A DNA stretch of 64,000 nt from a virus (Duplodnaviria; Caudoviricetes): positions 45,535 to 109,534 of the IMG/VR virus record IMGVR_UViG_3300018475_000104. One strand, 5' to 3'. Both the position numbers and the translations under genes were made by a program. Under the pieces are notes generated by a model. The model saw nothing but the letters and a program-made list of their open reading frames with translations. It was not told the DNA's origin and did no database searches. The stretch's first letter is position 1; each line of letters opens with the position of its first letter. Of the stretch, positions 1 to 9,915 are shown piece after piece.

Positions 1-2
1 AT

Positions 3-464
3 AAAAGTTATAAAATAAATAATAAGACTAATGAAAATAATAAACGAAAAAATGAACAAACCAAAATAAGATGTTCTCGTCCAGTTGAGCAATATGACTT
101 ACAAGGTAATTTTATAAAACTTTGGGAATCTGCTTCGGAATGCGGCAGAACTTTTGGAAACGAATCTTTTATTAGTGCTATTTGTAGATAGGAAGAAAAC
201 ATTATTACTGCTTATGGTTATTTATTTAAATATGCAGACGACCCTTAGGATATTAAAATATGGGTTGAAAGAGTGGCAAATAAAAAAAATGGTGGAAAAC
301 CAAAAAAACAAATAGGGCAATATGATTTAAATTGGAATCTAATTTCTGTTTATAATTCTGGGGCTGACGCTGCAAAGGCTCTAGGGAAAAATGACAAAAG
401 CAATATTTGCGCGGCAGCGAGAAAGGAAGGTAAAGCATATGGATTCTTATGGAAATACGAATAA
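3..464 (+). CDS. Homing endonuclease-associated protein with NUMOD1-type DNA-binding repeats; 5'-truncated by the window; 2 in-frame TAG
   Basis: Frame open from base 3 except TAG at 189 and 246. Two repeats, 'RPVEQYDLQGNFIKLWESASEC' and 'KQIGQYDLNWNLISVYNSGADAA...AYGFLWKY', are typical of NUMOD1 modules. Confidence 0.7.
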
Positions 465-3400
465 TAAAAGTGGCTATCCAGGAAGTCTTCACAACCACAC
501 TGATTTTTCAAATTTGAGACTTCGGGATTGCATAATTAAGGTCGAAGATTTACTATGGCACGCCGCGAAACTTGGACATGAAGTAGTCGGAATTACTGAC
601 CACGATAGTTTAAGTTGTCACATAAAAGCAGAAAAAATATACAAAAAGGTAAAAGAAAAATATCCTAATTTTAAGATGATTAGAGGCAATGAAATTTATC
701 TCGTCCGAAATGGTTTGAATGCTGATAATTTTAATAGAGACTTTGACAAATATTATCATTTTTGCTTGTATGCAAAAGACGCCACCGGGCACCAGCAAAT
801 TCGAGAAATCTCAACTCGTGCGTGGAATCGTTCTTACATGGCGCGCGGTATGCGTCGAGTTCCTACATACTATCAAGACCTGATTGATATTATTGGAGCG
901 AATCCTGGACACGTTATTGGTTCCACGGCTTGTCTTGGTGGCGCGCTTGCGACTCAGTTAATGAAATTTCAAGTCCTTTCAAGAGGTACCGGAAAGATCG
1001 AAGCTGCTTTAAATTTAAAGGAAAAAATTATTTCTTGGTGTAATCAAATGAAGAATCTCTTCGGAGAGGGTAATTTCTTCTTTGAACTTCAACCTTCTGA
1101 AAGTCATGAGCAGACTTATGTAAATAGACAGTTAATTGGTTTGTCTATTTTGCTTGATATCCCCTATATTATCACCACTGATAGTCACTACTTGAAAAAG
1201 GAAGATGCCGATGTTCATGCGGCTTTTCTTAACGCGCAAGATGGTGATCGAGAAGTTAAGTCTTTCTATGCTACGACTTATATGATGAGTACAGAAGAAC
1301 TTGAAAGTCATATGGATTTAACAGAAGAAGAACTCGAAAAGGCTTATGATAATATTCGCGCAATTAAGGATATGTGTGAAGATTATAGTTTAATGAAGCC
1401 TTTAAAGATTCCCCAACTTCCTTGGAGAGATTTAGGTTCTTATCAAATCGACCAAAGAACATGGTGTAAACGAATTCCCTATCTCGATAAGTTTTGGAGT
1501 TCAGAGTATGAAGGAGATAAGGAGCTTGCTGATGCAATTTGTTTAAAACTAATGGAAGATGAAAGACTCCATGATTTTAAGATTTATGATGCAATCAATG
1601 AATGTCTTGAAATGACTTGGATTTCTTCGGAAGTAAATAAAACTCATTGGTCAGCATATTATCTAAATCTCCAAAAGATTATTGAGGAATGTTGGAACGC
1701 AGGAACACTCGTAGGATGCGGGCGCGGTTCTGGTGTAGGTTTCATTTTGTTGTATTTGCTTGGTATCACTCAAATAAATCCTCAATGGGAGACAACTCAA
1801 ACTTTTGCTTGGCGTTTCCTTAACCCAGATCGTGTATCTGTACTGGACGTTGACGTAGACATTGAGGGCGGCCGTCGTGGTCAGGTTTTGAATCATCTGC
1901 GCCAAGTGTATGGTAATGACCGAGTAGCAAACGTAACCACTTTCGGCACTGAAAAAGCAAAAAGTGCAATTCAAACAGCTTGTCGTGGTTTAGGTATTGA
2001 TGTAGATATTGCTCAGTATTTGAGTTCGATGATTGCGGCAGATCGTGGTCTTCAGCGTAGTTTGAAGCAAACTTTCTATGGCGATGAAGAAAATGATTTT
2101 CTACCTAATAAACAGTTCGTTTATGAAATGACAGAAAATTATCCCGAAGTTTGGGCAATCGCGCAGAAGATTGAAGGACTTGTATGTCGAAGTGGTATTC
2201 ACGCGGGCGGTGTGATTTTCGTTGATGAACCTTTCACAAACTCAACTGCTCTAATGCGCGCGCCAGATGGAACTTTGGTTACACAGTATGACCTTCACGA
2301 TTGCGAAGATGTATCACTAATTAAATATGACTTGCTTTCTGTTGAAGCATTGGATAAGATGCATATTTGTCTTGACTTGTTGGTTCAGGATGGATATATT
2401 AAACCAGAAACAAGCCTAAAAGAAACTTACGAAAAAGTAATTGGTATCTACAACCTTGAAAGAGAAGATAAGAAGATGTGGAAAATGGTTTGGAACCATC
2501 AAATTTCTTCTCTGTTTCAAATGGAGAAGCAATCTGGTATTCAAGGAGTTGCTTTGGTTAGACCGGAAAGTGTTGATGACTTGGCAACTCTAAACTCTGT
2601 AATTCGTCTAATGGCGCAGGAGAAGGGCGCTGAACAACCACTAAATAAATTTGCTCGTTTCAAAGCAGATATTAGTTTGTGGTATGACGAGATGGCGCGA
2701 TATGGTTTAACAGAAGATGAAATGAAGATTCTTGAACCGATTATAAAACTTTCTTATGGCATTTGTGAAAGCCAGGAAGGATTCATGCAGTTGGTTCAGA
2801 TGCCAGAATGTGGTGGATTTGACTTGTCTTGGGCAGATAGACTTCGTAAGTCTATTGCAAAGAAGAATCCTGCAGATTATGAAAAACTTCAAACTGAATA
2901 CTTTGCGCGAGTCGAAGAAAAAGGTTTGAGCAAGAGACTTTGTAATTATGTGTGGAATGTTCTGGTAGCAACGAGTAGAGGTTATGGTTTTAATAAGAGC
3001 CATACTCTTGCTTATTCATTGATTGCGCTTCAAGAAATGAATCTAGCTTTCCATTATCCAGTTATTTACTGGAACACCGCTTGTTTGATTTCTGATAGCG
3101 GCGGTGCCGAAAGAGATGATTCTGAACTTAGTGAAGATGAAGAAAGAGAAGATTTATGGTTTGTTGAAGCAGAAAGTGTTGTTGAAGAGTTTGTAGAAGA
3201 AGATGATGAAGAAGATGAAGAGGATGAAGAAGAAGTTACTGTAAAAAAGAAAAAGAAAACTCGTTCAGCAAACTATGGTAAAATTGCTAGCGCGATTGGT
3301 AAAATGAAATCGGAAGGCGTTGAGATTGTATCTCCCAACATTAATAAGTCGTCTTTCACTTTCTCTCCTGACGCGGAAACAAATACGATTCGTTTTGGTT

Positions 3401-4470
3401 TGAGTGGTATCACACGAATTGGCGAAGAGCTAATTCAAAATATCATTGAGAATAGACCTTATGAGTCTGTAGAGGACTTCTTAAAGAGAGTTAAAATCAA
3501 TAAACCTCAAATGGTTAATCTGATTAAAGCGGGCGCATTTGATGATTTTGGTGATAGGTTTGGTTTGATGGTAAAGTATATTGAATCTATCAGTGATAAG
3601 AAAAATCGAATCACTTTACAGAATATGAAAATGCTAATTGATTTTGGTTTGATTCCCGATGAATTTGACCTTGAGCGCCGTGTATATAATTTTAATAAGT
3701 ATTTGAAGAAGTTTAAGTTTGAGAAATATTATCTGTTAGATAATATTGCTCTTGGATTCTTTGATAAACACTTCGATATTGATATACTTGTCCCAACGGA
3801 TAAAGTTGAAACTGGTTTAATGATTGAACAAGTTAAATGGGATAAGATTTATCAAAAACATATGGATATTGTTCGTCCTTATGTTAAAACTCACAATCAA
3901 GAACTGCTTGAGGCAGTGAACTCAAAGTTGGTTAAGGATATGTGGGATAAGTATTGTAAGGGTAATATCAGTAAATGGGAAATGGATAGCGTTTCTTGTT
4001 ATTTCCATGAACATGAACTTGCTGATGTTGAGGAATATTATTTCGATTGTGTAGACTTTAATGAGTTGAGCGAACAGCCCGAAGTTGATTCTGTATTTAC
4101 GATTAAGGGCAAACAAGTTCCTATTTTTAAAATTTATCGTATTATGGGAACAATTTTGGATAAAGATAAGGCAAAGAAAACAGTAACCTTATTAACAAAT
4201 ACTGGTGTTGTAACTGTAAAGATTTATGGTGATGTTTATTCTCACTATGATAAGCAGGTGTCTGAGAAGAATGTGGCAACTGGTAAGAAAAAGGTTATTG
4301 AAAAGTCTTGGTTCACAAGAGGTAATAAGATTATCGTAACTGGTATTCGGCGCGATGATATGTTCATGGCGAAGAAATATTCGAGAACTCCTTATCATCT
4401 TGTAGAATTAATTACTGAGGTTAAGGGTGAGAGAATTATGACTCGTGGAGAAAGAACTGAAGTGGTATGA
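439..4470 (+). CDS. dnaE: DNA polymerase III alpha subunit (family C)
   Basis: PHP motifs (HNHTDFS, TDHD, DSHY), GRGSG, catalytic DVDVD, HAGG, GFNKSH. Start moved to ATG 439 behind the RBS AAGGAAGGT. No in-frame TAG. Confidence 0.95.
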   Translation: MDSYGNTNNKSGYPGSLHNHTDFSNLRLRDCIIKVEDLLWHAAKLGHEVVGITDHDSLSCHIKAEKIYKKVKEKYPNFKMIRGNEIYLVRNGLNADNFNRDFDKYYHFCLYAKDATGHQQIREISTRAWNRSYMARGMRRVPTYYQDLIDIIGANPGHVIGSTACLGGALATQLMKFQVLSRGTGKIEAALNLKEKIISWCNQMKNLFGEGNFFFELQPSESHEQTYVNRQLIGLSILLDIPYIITTDSHYLKKEDADVHAAFLNAQDGDREVKSFYATTYMMSTEELESHMDLTEEELEKAYDNIRAIKDMCEDYSLMKPLKIPQLPWRDLGSYQIDQRTWCKRIPYLDKFWSSEYEGDKELADAICLKLMEDERLHDFKIYDAINECLEMTWISSEVNKTHWSAYYLNLQKIIEECWNAGTLVGCGRGSGVGFILLYLLGITQINPQWETTQTFAWRFLNPDRVSVLDVDVDIEGGRRGQVLNHLRQVYGNDRVANVTTFGTEKAKSAIQTACRGLGIDVDIAQYLSSMIAADRGLQRSLKQTFYGDEENDFLPNKQFVYEMTENYPEVWAIAQKIEGLVCRSGIHAGGVIFVDEPFTNSTALMRAPDGTLVTQYDLHDCEDVSLIKYDLLSVEALDKMHICLDLLVQDGYIKPETSLKETYEKVIGIYNLEREDKKMWKMVWNHQISSLFQMEKQSGIQGVALVRPESVDDLATLNSVIRLMAQEKGAEQPLNKFARFKADISLWYDEMARYGLTEDEMKILEPIIKLSYGICESQEGFMQLVQMPECGGFDLSWADRLRKSIAKKNPADYEKLQTEYFARVEEKGLSKRLCNYVWNVLVATSRGYGFNKSHTLAYSLIALQEMNLAFHYPVIYWNTACLISDSGGAERDDSELSEDEEREDLWFVEAESVVEEFVEEDDEEDEEDEEEVTVKKKKKTRSANYGKIASAIGKMKSEGVEIVSPNINKSSFTFSPDAETNTIRFGLSGITRIGEELIQNIIENRPYESVEDFLKRVKINKPQMVNLIKAGAFDDFGDRFGLMVKYIESISDKKNRITLQNMKMLIDFGLIPDEFDLERRVYNFNKYLKKFKFEKYYLLDNIALGFFDKHFDIDILVPTDKVETGLMIEQVKWDKIYQKHMDIVRPYVKTHNQELLEAVNSKLVKDMWDKYCKGNISKWEMDSVSCYFHEHELADVEEYYFDCVDFNELSEQPEVDSVFTIKGKQVPIFKIYRIMGTILDKDKAKKTVTLLTNTGVVTVKIYGDVYSHYDKQVSEKNVATGKKKVIEKSWFTRGNKIIVTGIRRDDMFMAKKYSRTPYHLVELITEVKGERIMTRGERTEVV

Positions 4471-5600
4471 GTATTGGGCTATATGATATTGATTTTATGA
4501 CTTATATTCATGTTCCTTTCAATCTCACCCTAATGAAACTCGCGGCTTATTACAAAAAGAAAAGAGAAGTAGTAGTTCTGGCTCCTTATTTGGAGCCAGA
4601 GCGATATCAAAAGATGTATGTGGTTAAGGACTATTTTGATGGAAATTTTGATAGAAGAATTCTTGAATCAAATGTAATATATAGTGGTCATGCGTTTACA
4701 AAAGACTTTTACAGCGCGATGGCGCCGGAAATTGAGATAATGAAACCAGATAAATATCTTTATCACAAGTATGATAAAATGTTTTGTATTAACAAGTCAA
4801 AAGAGTCTTTATTTAAAACAATGACCAATGCAGAACATATACGACTTTCACTTGATAATAAAACAATTTGGCCTGGTTATAAAAAAACTTATTCTTTTTC
4901 TCCTACAACGCGCGCCGTCATCTTTCATGATTATAATATAGCCTCTTTAGAAAATGGATATGAGACTGTGAAAGAAATTATTTCTGAAATGAATCAAAAT
5001 TGGTTTCATGGGCCATTACTCGGCGCGAAGTTCCCAATTCAAGTTTCAACACCAGAAGATTTATTTAATTGGATGGATTTTAAAGCCATGGACATCTTTT
5101 ATAATATTCAGTATAATAATTTAATGAGCGATGAACTTGTTAATGAAACTGTGCAAAGATTTCCAATGAATAGTAAAAAGATGTGGTATAATGTAACCTC
5201 GACATCATACAACGAGAACCATTTTTCAAAAGAAGTCTTACCAAAAATTTTTCGTCAGGCTTTATTTTTTCGGACTCACCATATACCAATCCTACTTAAA
5301 TATGACGATAATTTTTTCAAAGACGAAAGATGGGAACGAGTTATTAAATTGATAAATGGTTATGTCTCAATGAATAACAGAGCGCCAAAGAAAGAAGGCT
5401 TTAGAGATTTCAGTAGAACTTTTACAATGTTTAGATATGTAACTTCAAAAAATCTTGTAGAAGCACCTTCCAGTGATTGGACAATTGAAGAGTTAAGAGA
5501 TTTATTCCAATTCGTCAGAGAAGAAAGTTATGAAACATTTAAAATGTTTTATGAATCATGTTTAATGGAATATAAAGGAGGAAAAATTAATGACATCTAA
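4467..5600 (+). CDS. Hypothetical protein; N-terminus resembles phage radical-SAM-associated proteins but no CxxxCxxC
   Basis: 377-aa ORF coupled to dnaE by ATGA overlap; begins IGLYDIDF...NLTLMKLAAYYK. Confidence 0.55.
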   Translation: MSIGLYDIDFMTYIHVPFNLTLMKLAAYYKKKREVVVLAPYLEPERYQKMYVVKDYFDGNFDRRILESNVIYSGHAFTKDFYSAMAPEIEIMKPDKYLYHKYDKMFCINKSKESLFKTMTNAEHIRLSLDNKTIWPGYKKTYSFSPTTRAVIFHDYNIASLENGYETVKEIISEMNQNWFHGPLLGAKFPIQVSTPEDLFNWMDFKAMDIFYNIQYNNLMSDELVNETVQRFPMNSKKMWYNVTSTSYNENHFSKEVLPKIFRQALFFRTHHIPILLKYDDNFFKDERWERVIKLINGYVSMNNRAPKKEGFRDFSRTFTMFRYVTSKNLVEAPSSDWTIEELRDLFQFVREESYETFKMFYESCLMEYKGGKINDI

Positions 5601-5781
5601 AGAAATTAAAGAGAAAATTGATTTTAACAATAAACTCATTAGAGATATGTTTAATCCTAATCAATTTACTTTAAATAACACGGTGCGCGAACTTCTTGAA
5701 GAGAATGCGCGGCTCCAAGAAAAATGCGAACATAAATATGCTGATGGTTATTGTGTTTATTGCTACAAGGAGAAGAAATAA
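5590..5781 (+). CDS. Small protein with C-terminal Zn-binding motif (CEH...CVYC)
   Basis: RBS AGGAGG; overlaps both neighbours. Confidence 0.7.
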   Translation: MTSKEIKEKIDFNNKLIRDMFNPNQFTLNNTVRELLEENARLQEKCEHKYADGYCVYCYKEKK

Positions 5782-5981
5782 TGATAATACTTTATTCAAC
5801 TGGTTGTCCTCGTTGCACTGTTTTAGAAAAGAAACTTGAGCAGAAAAAAATTGAATACTCTAAAATAACTGACGTAGATGTAATGCTAGCGATGGGAATT
5901 AAGTCTGTTCCAATGCTTCAAATTGATGACGCCGCGCCAATGGATTATATGAAAGCAGTTAATTGGGTAAAGGAGCAGTAA
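5781..5981 (+). CDS. nrdH: Glutaredoxin-like NrdH redoxin
   Basis: CPRC active site and SVP cis-Pro motif; directly upstream of nrdD; start at MIILY. Confidence 0.85.
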   Translation: MIILYSTGCPRCTVLEKKLEQKKIEYSKITDVDVMLAMGIKSVPMLQIDDAAPMDYMKAVNWVKEQ

Positions 5982-5982
5982 A

Positions 5983-7893
5983 ATGAACATTAATATTAGA
6001 TTAAGCAAAAACTTTACTACCGCATATAACAAAATGCAAGAAGCCTACGGCGAAGAAATCGCGCGAATCAATGGCTTCTCAGATGGCCTTCTATCATATA
6101 CAGACTTCATTGATAATTTCGTTGATACAGAAACAGTGGCAGATGCTTCTGTAGATGGTAATGCTAACGTTGGTCAAAAAGATATCGTAACTCTAATCAA
6201 TGAAATGCCTAAACCTCATCAAAAGCTTTTGGCTTTCAATAAAATCTATCACGAAATCAATAAGAAATATGGCTTTAAAGTGGCAAATGATTGGCTTCGC
6301 GCGGAATGGGATGGACATCTATATATGCATGATGCGAATACCACTTCATTCGTTCATTATTGCTTTGCTTATGATTTAAAAGACTTGGCTGAAAAAGGTC
6401 TATTCTTTATTGAAAACTTTAATGCTGAACCTCCTCAGCACTTAGAAACTTTTGTCGATTTTGTTAAAGAGTTTGTAAGTTGGGCTTGTAATCGAAGCTC
6501 TGGCGCGGTTGGTTTACCAAATCTAATTCCTTATATGTATTATTTTTGGAATAGAGATTGTGAGAAAGGTTATTACACAGTTTCTCCCGAAAAATATGCT
6601 GAGCAACAAATCCAACGTCTTATTTACGCTTTAAATCAACCTTTCCTGCGCGGCGGTATTCAATCTGCCTTTACGAATACATCTGTATTTGACCGCCCCT
6701 ATCTTGAGGCTCTATTTGGCGGCGCCGAGTTCCCAGATGGAACCTTCATGATTGATGAAATGGAAGGCATTATGGAATTCCAAAAGCTTTATATGGAAAC
6801 AATGAGTAAAATTCGTTCTCATAATATGATGACTTTCCCAGTAAGCACTATTTCTCTATTAAAACAAAATGGCAAATTTGAAGATGAAGATTTTGCAATT
6901 TGGGCTTGTAAGCACAATATGAAGTGGAATGATTCAAATATCTTTGCTGATTCAAGTGTCAATAGTCTATCCAATTGTTGCCGCCTAAAATCTAACATTG
7001 AAGACCTTGGTTATTTTAACTCAATCGGCGGCACTGCTTTAAAGGTTGGTTCTGTAAAGGTTAATACAATTAATCTCGCGCGCCTTGCTTTGGAGAATAA
7101 AACTGAGAAGGACTATTTAGTTGCTTTGCGCGATATGGTTGAGTTAGACCTCAAAGCTCTTGATGCAGTAAGATATATCATTCGCAGAAATGTTGAGAAA
7201 GGTTTGTTAAAGAATTTCACTCTTGGCTTAGTTGATTTTGAGCATTTGTATAATACAATTGGCTTTATTGGTATTTATGAGACAATGAAGTCTTTTGGAT
7301 ATGTAAGATATGATGAATTTGGCAATTGCTTCTATACCGAAGAAGCTGAAAAGTTTGGCAAAAAGATTTTCGATGTAATTCATAATGTAGCTGATAACTT
7401 TAAGCTTGATAAAGATTACATGATTAACTGTGAAGCTATTCCTGGCGAAAGTGCTGCCGCGAAGCTAATGAAGAAAGACAAATTCTTCTTCCCCGAAACC
7501 GTAGTAGATGACCTACCTCTCTATGGTAATCAGTTTATTCCTCTCGGCATTAAAACCACTCTTCAAGAAAGAATTCGTATCGCTGCAATGTTTGATGGAT
7601 TCTGTAATGGTGGTAGCATTCTTCATGCCAATATCGAAGCGCCATTTAAGACTTTTGAACAAGCTTGGGATATGCTTAATTACATTACTGACCAGGGAGT
7701 AACCTATTTTGCTTTTAACACAAAAATTCAAGCCTGCGCGAAGAACCATGCTTTCTATGGCACAGTTTGTCCCGAATGTGGCGGCCCTGTTGAGACAGAA
7801 TATACACGAATTGTAGGTTTCTACACACCAGTAAAAACTTATTCCAAAGAAAGAAAAGCAGAATACGCAATGCGCGAATGGGAGAATGTATAA
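5983..7893 (+). CDS. nrdD: Anaerobic (class III) ribonucleoside-triphosphate reductase
   Basis: SNCCRL finger loop, PGES, CxxC Zn site, C-terminal YTRIVGF glycyl-radical motif. Confidence 0.93.
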   Translation: MNINIRLSKNFTTAYNKMQEAYGEEIARINGFSDGLLSYTDFIDNFVDTETVADASVDGNANVGQKDIVTLINEMPKPHQKLLAFNKIYHEINKKYGFKVANDWLRAEWDGHLYMHDANTTSFVHYCFAYDLKDLAEKGLFFIENFNAEPPQHLETFVDFVKEFVSWACNRSSGAVGLPNLIPYMYYFWNRDCEKGYYTVSPEKYAEQQIQRLIYALNQPFLRGGIQSAFTNTSVFDRPYLEALFGGAEFPDGTFMIDEMEGIMEFQKLYMETMSKIRSHNMMTFPVSTISLLKQNGKFEDEDFAIWACKHNMKWNDSNIFADSSVNSLSNCCRLKSNIEDLGYFNSIGGTALKVGSVKVNTINLARLALENKTEKDYLVALRDMVELDLKALDAVRYIIRRNVEKGLLKNFTLGLVDFEHLYNTIGFIGIYETMKSFGYVRYDEFGNCFYTEEAEKFGKKIFDVIHNVADNFKLDKDYMINCEAIPGESAAAKLMKKDKFFFPETVVDDLPLYGNQFIPLGIKTTLQERIRIAAMFDGFCNGGSILHANIEAPFKTFEQAWDMLNYITDQGVTYFAFNTKIQACAKNHAFYGTVCPECGGPVETEYTRIVGFYTPVKTYSKERKAEYAMREWENV

Positions 7894-8123
7894 TGGCTGA
7901 AATGAATATGGATACTGTTTCGCTAAGCAGAGTAAAAAAATTAGTAGAACAATTAGAAAGACAAAAGGCGCAACTTGAACTAAGTGAAGAAGATGACTTA
8001 GAAGTTGCTTTTGAATATATAATTGGCAGTCTATTTCCAACAGCTTATCAAAATATGAAAAATGCCTGTCGCGCCTTCTATATTGAAGGATATAATGAAG
8101 GGAAGAAAGCGAATGAAAATTAA
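7893..8123 (+). CDS. Hypothetical protein
   Basis: Coupled to nrdD (TAATG) and overlaps nrdG. Confidence 0.7.
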   Translation: MAEMNMDTVSLSRVKKLVEQLERQKAQLELSEEDDLEVAFEYIIGSLFPTAYQNMKNACRAFYIEGYNEGKKANEN

Positions 8124-8583
8124 AGGTTTAAATGAGTGTGATATAGTAAATTATAAAAAAACCTCAATGTTTATTGTATTTCCTCATTGTAGCTTTAAAT
8201 GTGATAAAGAGTGCGGGCGCAATGTTTGTCAAAACAGCGCGCTCGCTTGTGCTCCTATATTTGAAATAGACACAAAAAAAATAATTGAAAGGTATGTATA
8301 TAATCCTTTAACAAAAGCCTTGGTTTGTGGTGGACTTGAGCCATTTGACAGTTGGGAAGAATTACAAGAGTTAATTTTTAATTTTAGACAAGAAAATAAT
8401 GATGAAATTGTTATTTACACTGGCTACACAGAAGAAGAAATAGAAGATAAAGTTGAATGGTTAAAATTATATAGTCCAATTACTATTAAATATGGCAGAT
8501 TCATTCCAAATCAAGAAAAACATTTTGACGAAATTTTAGGCGTAGATTTAGCAAGCTCAAATCAATACGCGAAGGAGTATTAA
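8113..8583 (+). CDS. nrdG: Anaerobic RNR activating radical SAM protein
   Basis: CSFKCDKEC cluster motif, GGLEPF, IYTGY; adjacent to nrdD. Confidence 0.88.
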   Translation: MKIKGLNECDIVNYKKTSMFIVFPHCSFKCDKECGRNVCQNSALACAPIFEIDTKKIIERYVYNPLTKALVCGGLEPFDSWEELQELIFNFRQENNDEIVIYTGYTEEEIEDKVEWLKLYSPITIKYGRFIPNQEKHFDEILGVDLASSNQYAKEY

Positions 8584-8585
8584 AT

Positions 8586-8786
8586 ATGTCATCATCAATG
8601 ACAATTACAATTAATCAAGATAAAGCAGAAGTTGAACGTATTCGGCGCGCAGTGCGTGAAAATGATGGATATTGCCCATGCCAGTTAGAAAAAAACGAAA
8701 ACACTCGTTGTATGTGTAAAAATTTTGTAAATAGCGAAGAAAGTGGCTGGTGTCACTGTGGCCTGTATTTTAAAACTATAAAATAA
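8586..8786 (+). CDS. Ferredoxin:thioredoxin reductase catalytic-subunit-like protein
   Basis: GYCPC...CMC...CHCGLY pattern of the FTR catalytic chain. Confidence 0.8.
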   Translation: MSSSMTITINQDKAEVERIRRAVRENDGYCPCQLEKNENTRCMCKNFVNSEESGWCHCGLYFKTIK

Positions 8787-8789
8787 ATT

Positions 8790-8818
8790 TTGACTTCCTT
8801 CGAAAAATATGTTATAAT
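8790..8818 (+). promoter_or_regulatory. SigA/sigma70-type promoter for the deaminase-thyX-tRNA-dut-ruvC unit
   Basis: TTGACT-17 bp-TATAAT. Confidence 0.8.
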
Positions 8819-8851
8819 ATTTATAGATAAAAAAGAGAAGGGAAAAGAACT

Positions 8852-9268
8852 ATGACCAATCGAGAAAAGAGAATGTTTCGAGTAGCAAAAGAGATTTCAA
8901 AATTTTCTAACTTTAATGGGCCGCATATTGGCGCAGTAGTATGTGAAGGAAAGACTATAATCTCAACTGGTTATAATTCTTATAAGACTCGGCCTCTTCA
9001 ACATCAATATAACATATATCGAGACTTTGAAGATTATGAAAACTCTATCCCCAGACAACACGCAGAAGTTGATGCTTTGAGTCGGCTTATTGGTAAAGAA
9101 GTTGATTGGAATAATGTGTCTATTTTTGTTTATAGAGAATTTAAAAATGGCGAACCAGGCTGTTGTCGACCGTGCGCGGCGTGTTCTCGTTTAATTAAAG
9201 ATTTGGGTATTAGAAACATTTATTTTATTGATGAAGAAGGACGATATTGCAAGGAAAAGGTGCTTTAA
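8852..9268 (+). CDS. Cytidine/dCMP deaminase family protein
   Basis: HAE...PCAAC Zn motif and IGAV...STGYN. Confidence 0.85.
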   Translation: MTNREKRMFRVAKEISKFSNFNGPHIGAVVCEGKTIISTGYNSYKTRPLQHQYNIYRDFEDYENSIPRQHAEVDALSRLIGKEVDWNNVSIFVYREFKNGEPGCCRPCAACSRLIKDLGIRNIYFIDEEGRYCKEKVL

Positions 9269-9868
9269 ATGAAATTTACCGATATTGTTTCAAATGTAAA
9301 AATTTATGATTTAGAAGAATCAATTATCGCAAGTGGCTATCCTATGAGAACTAAAGCTGGTAGGCGAGAAGTTGAGGAGAAAGATATTAATCGGGGCGAA
9401 AAGTTAGTTAGGGCTACCCTTGGCGGTAATACCGCACATCATTAGTTCTTAACAGGTATTAGGGTAAACTTTGATTTAACTTTTACAAATAAGGCGTGGG
9501 TTGAAGCCGAAAGATATAGATTCTTAGAATTTGTTTCAAGCCAATCAACAATGCACAGAATTACTAAATTCAATTTAGATAATCAGTATATTAAATATGT
9601 TGACCCACGAGTTATTAAAATTATGCAAGAGTTGGTTGATGCATACAACGAAAATCCAACTCCAGAAAATTACTTAAAGGTTCTTTATACAAATCCCGCA
9701 GGTTTTAAAATTACTGCGCGCATGACTACAAACTATAGAAGTTTAAGAAATATTTATATTCAAAGAAAGAATCATAGATTACCTGAATGGCGCGCGTTTT
9801 GTAAATGGATTGAAACCTTACCTTTTGCAAAAGAGTTTTTAACTAATATTAATCAAGAAGAGGAATAA
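9269..9868 (+). CDS. ThyX-like flavin-dependent thymidylate synthase family protein; 1 in-frame TAG (9443)
   Basis: ATG 9269 is in frame with ORF 9551..9868. Reads AHH*FLTG...ERYRF...SSQSTMH...TNYRSL...R..HRLPEW. Confidence 0.75.
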
Positions 9869-9915
9869 TTCCTCTTTTTATAGCCGTGTAGTTTAATGGT
9901 AAAACGCCGGTCTCT

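Noticed and set aside
610-4398. Minus-strand ORFs inside dnaE, and plus-strand ORFs inside the tail and capsid genes
   Set aside because: Shadow frames without RBS or motifs, fully overlapping confident genes.
439-4470. Intein or intron in dnaE
   Set aside because: The ORF is continuous with no C/S...HN-C/S/T splice motifs or LAGLIDADG blocks. The extra length is explained by loops.
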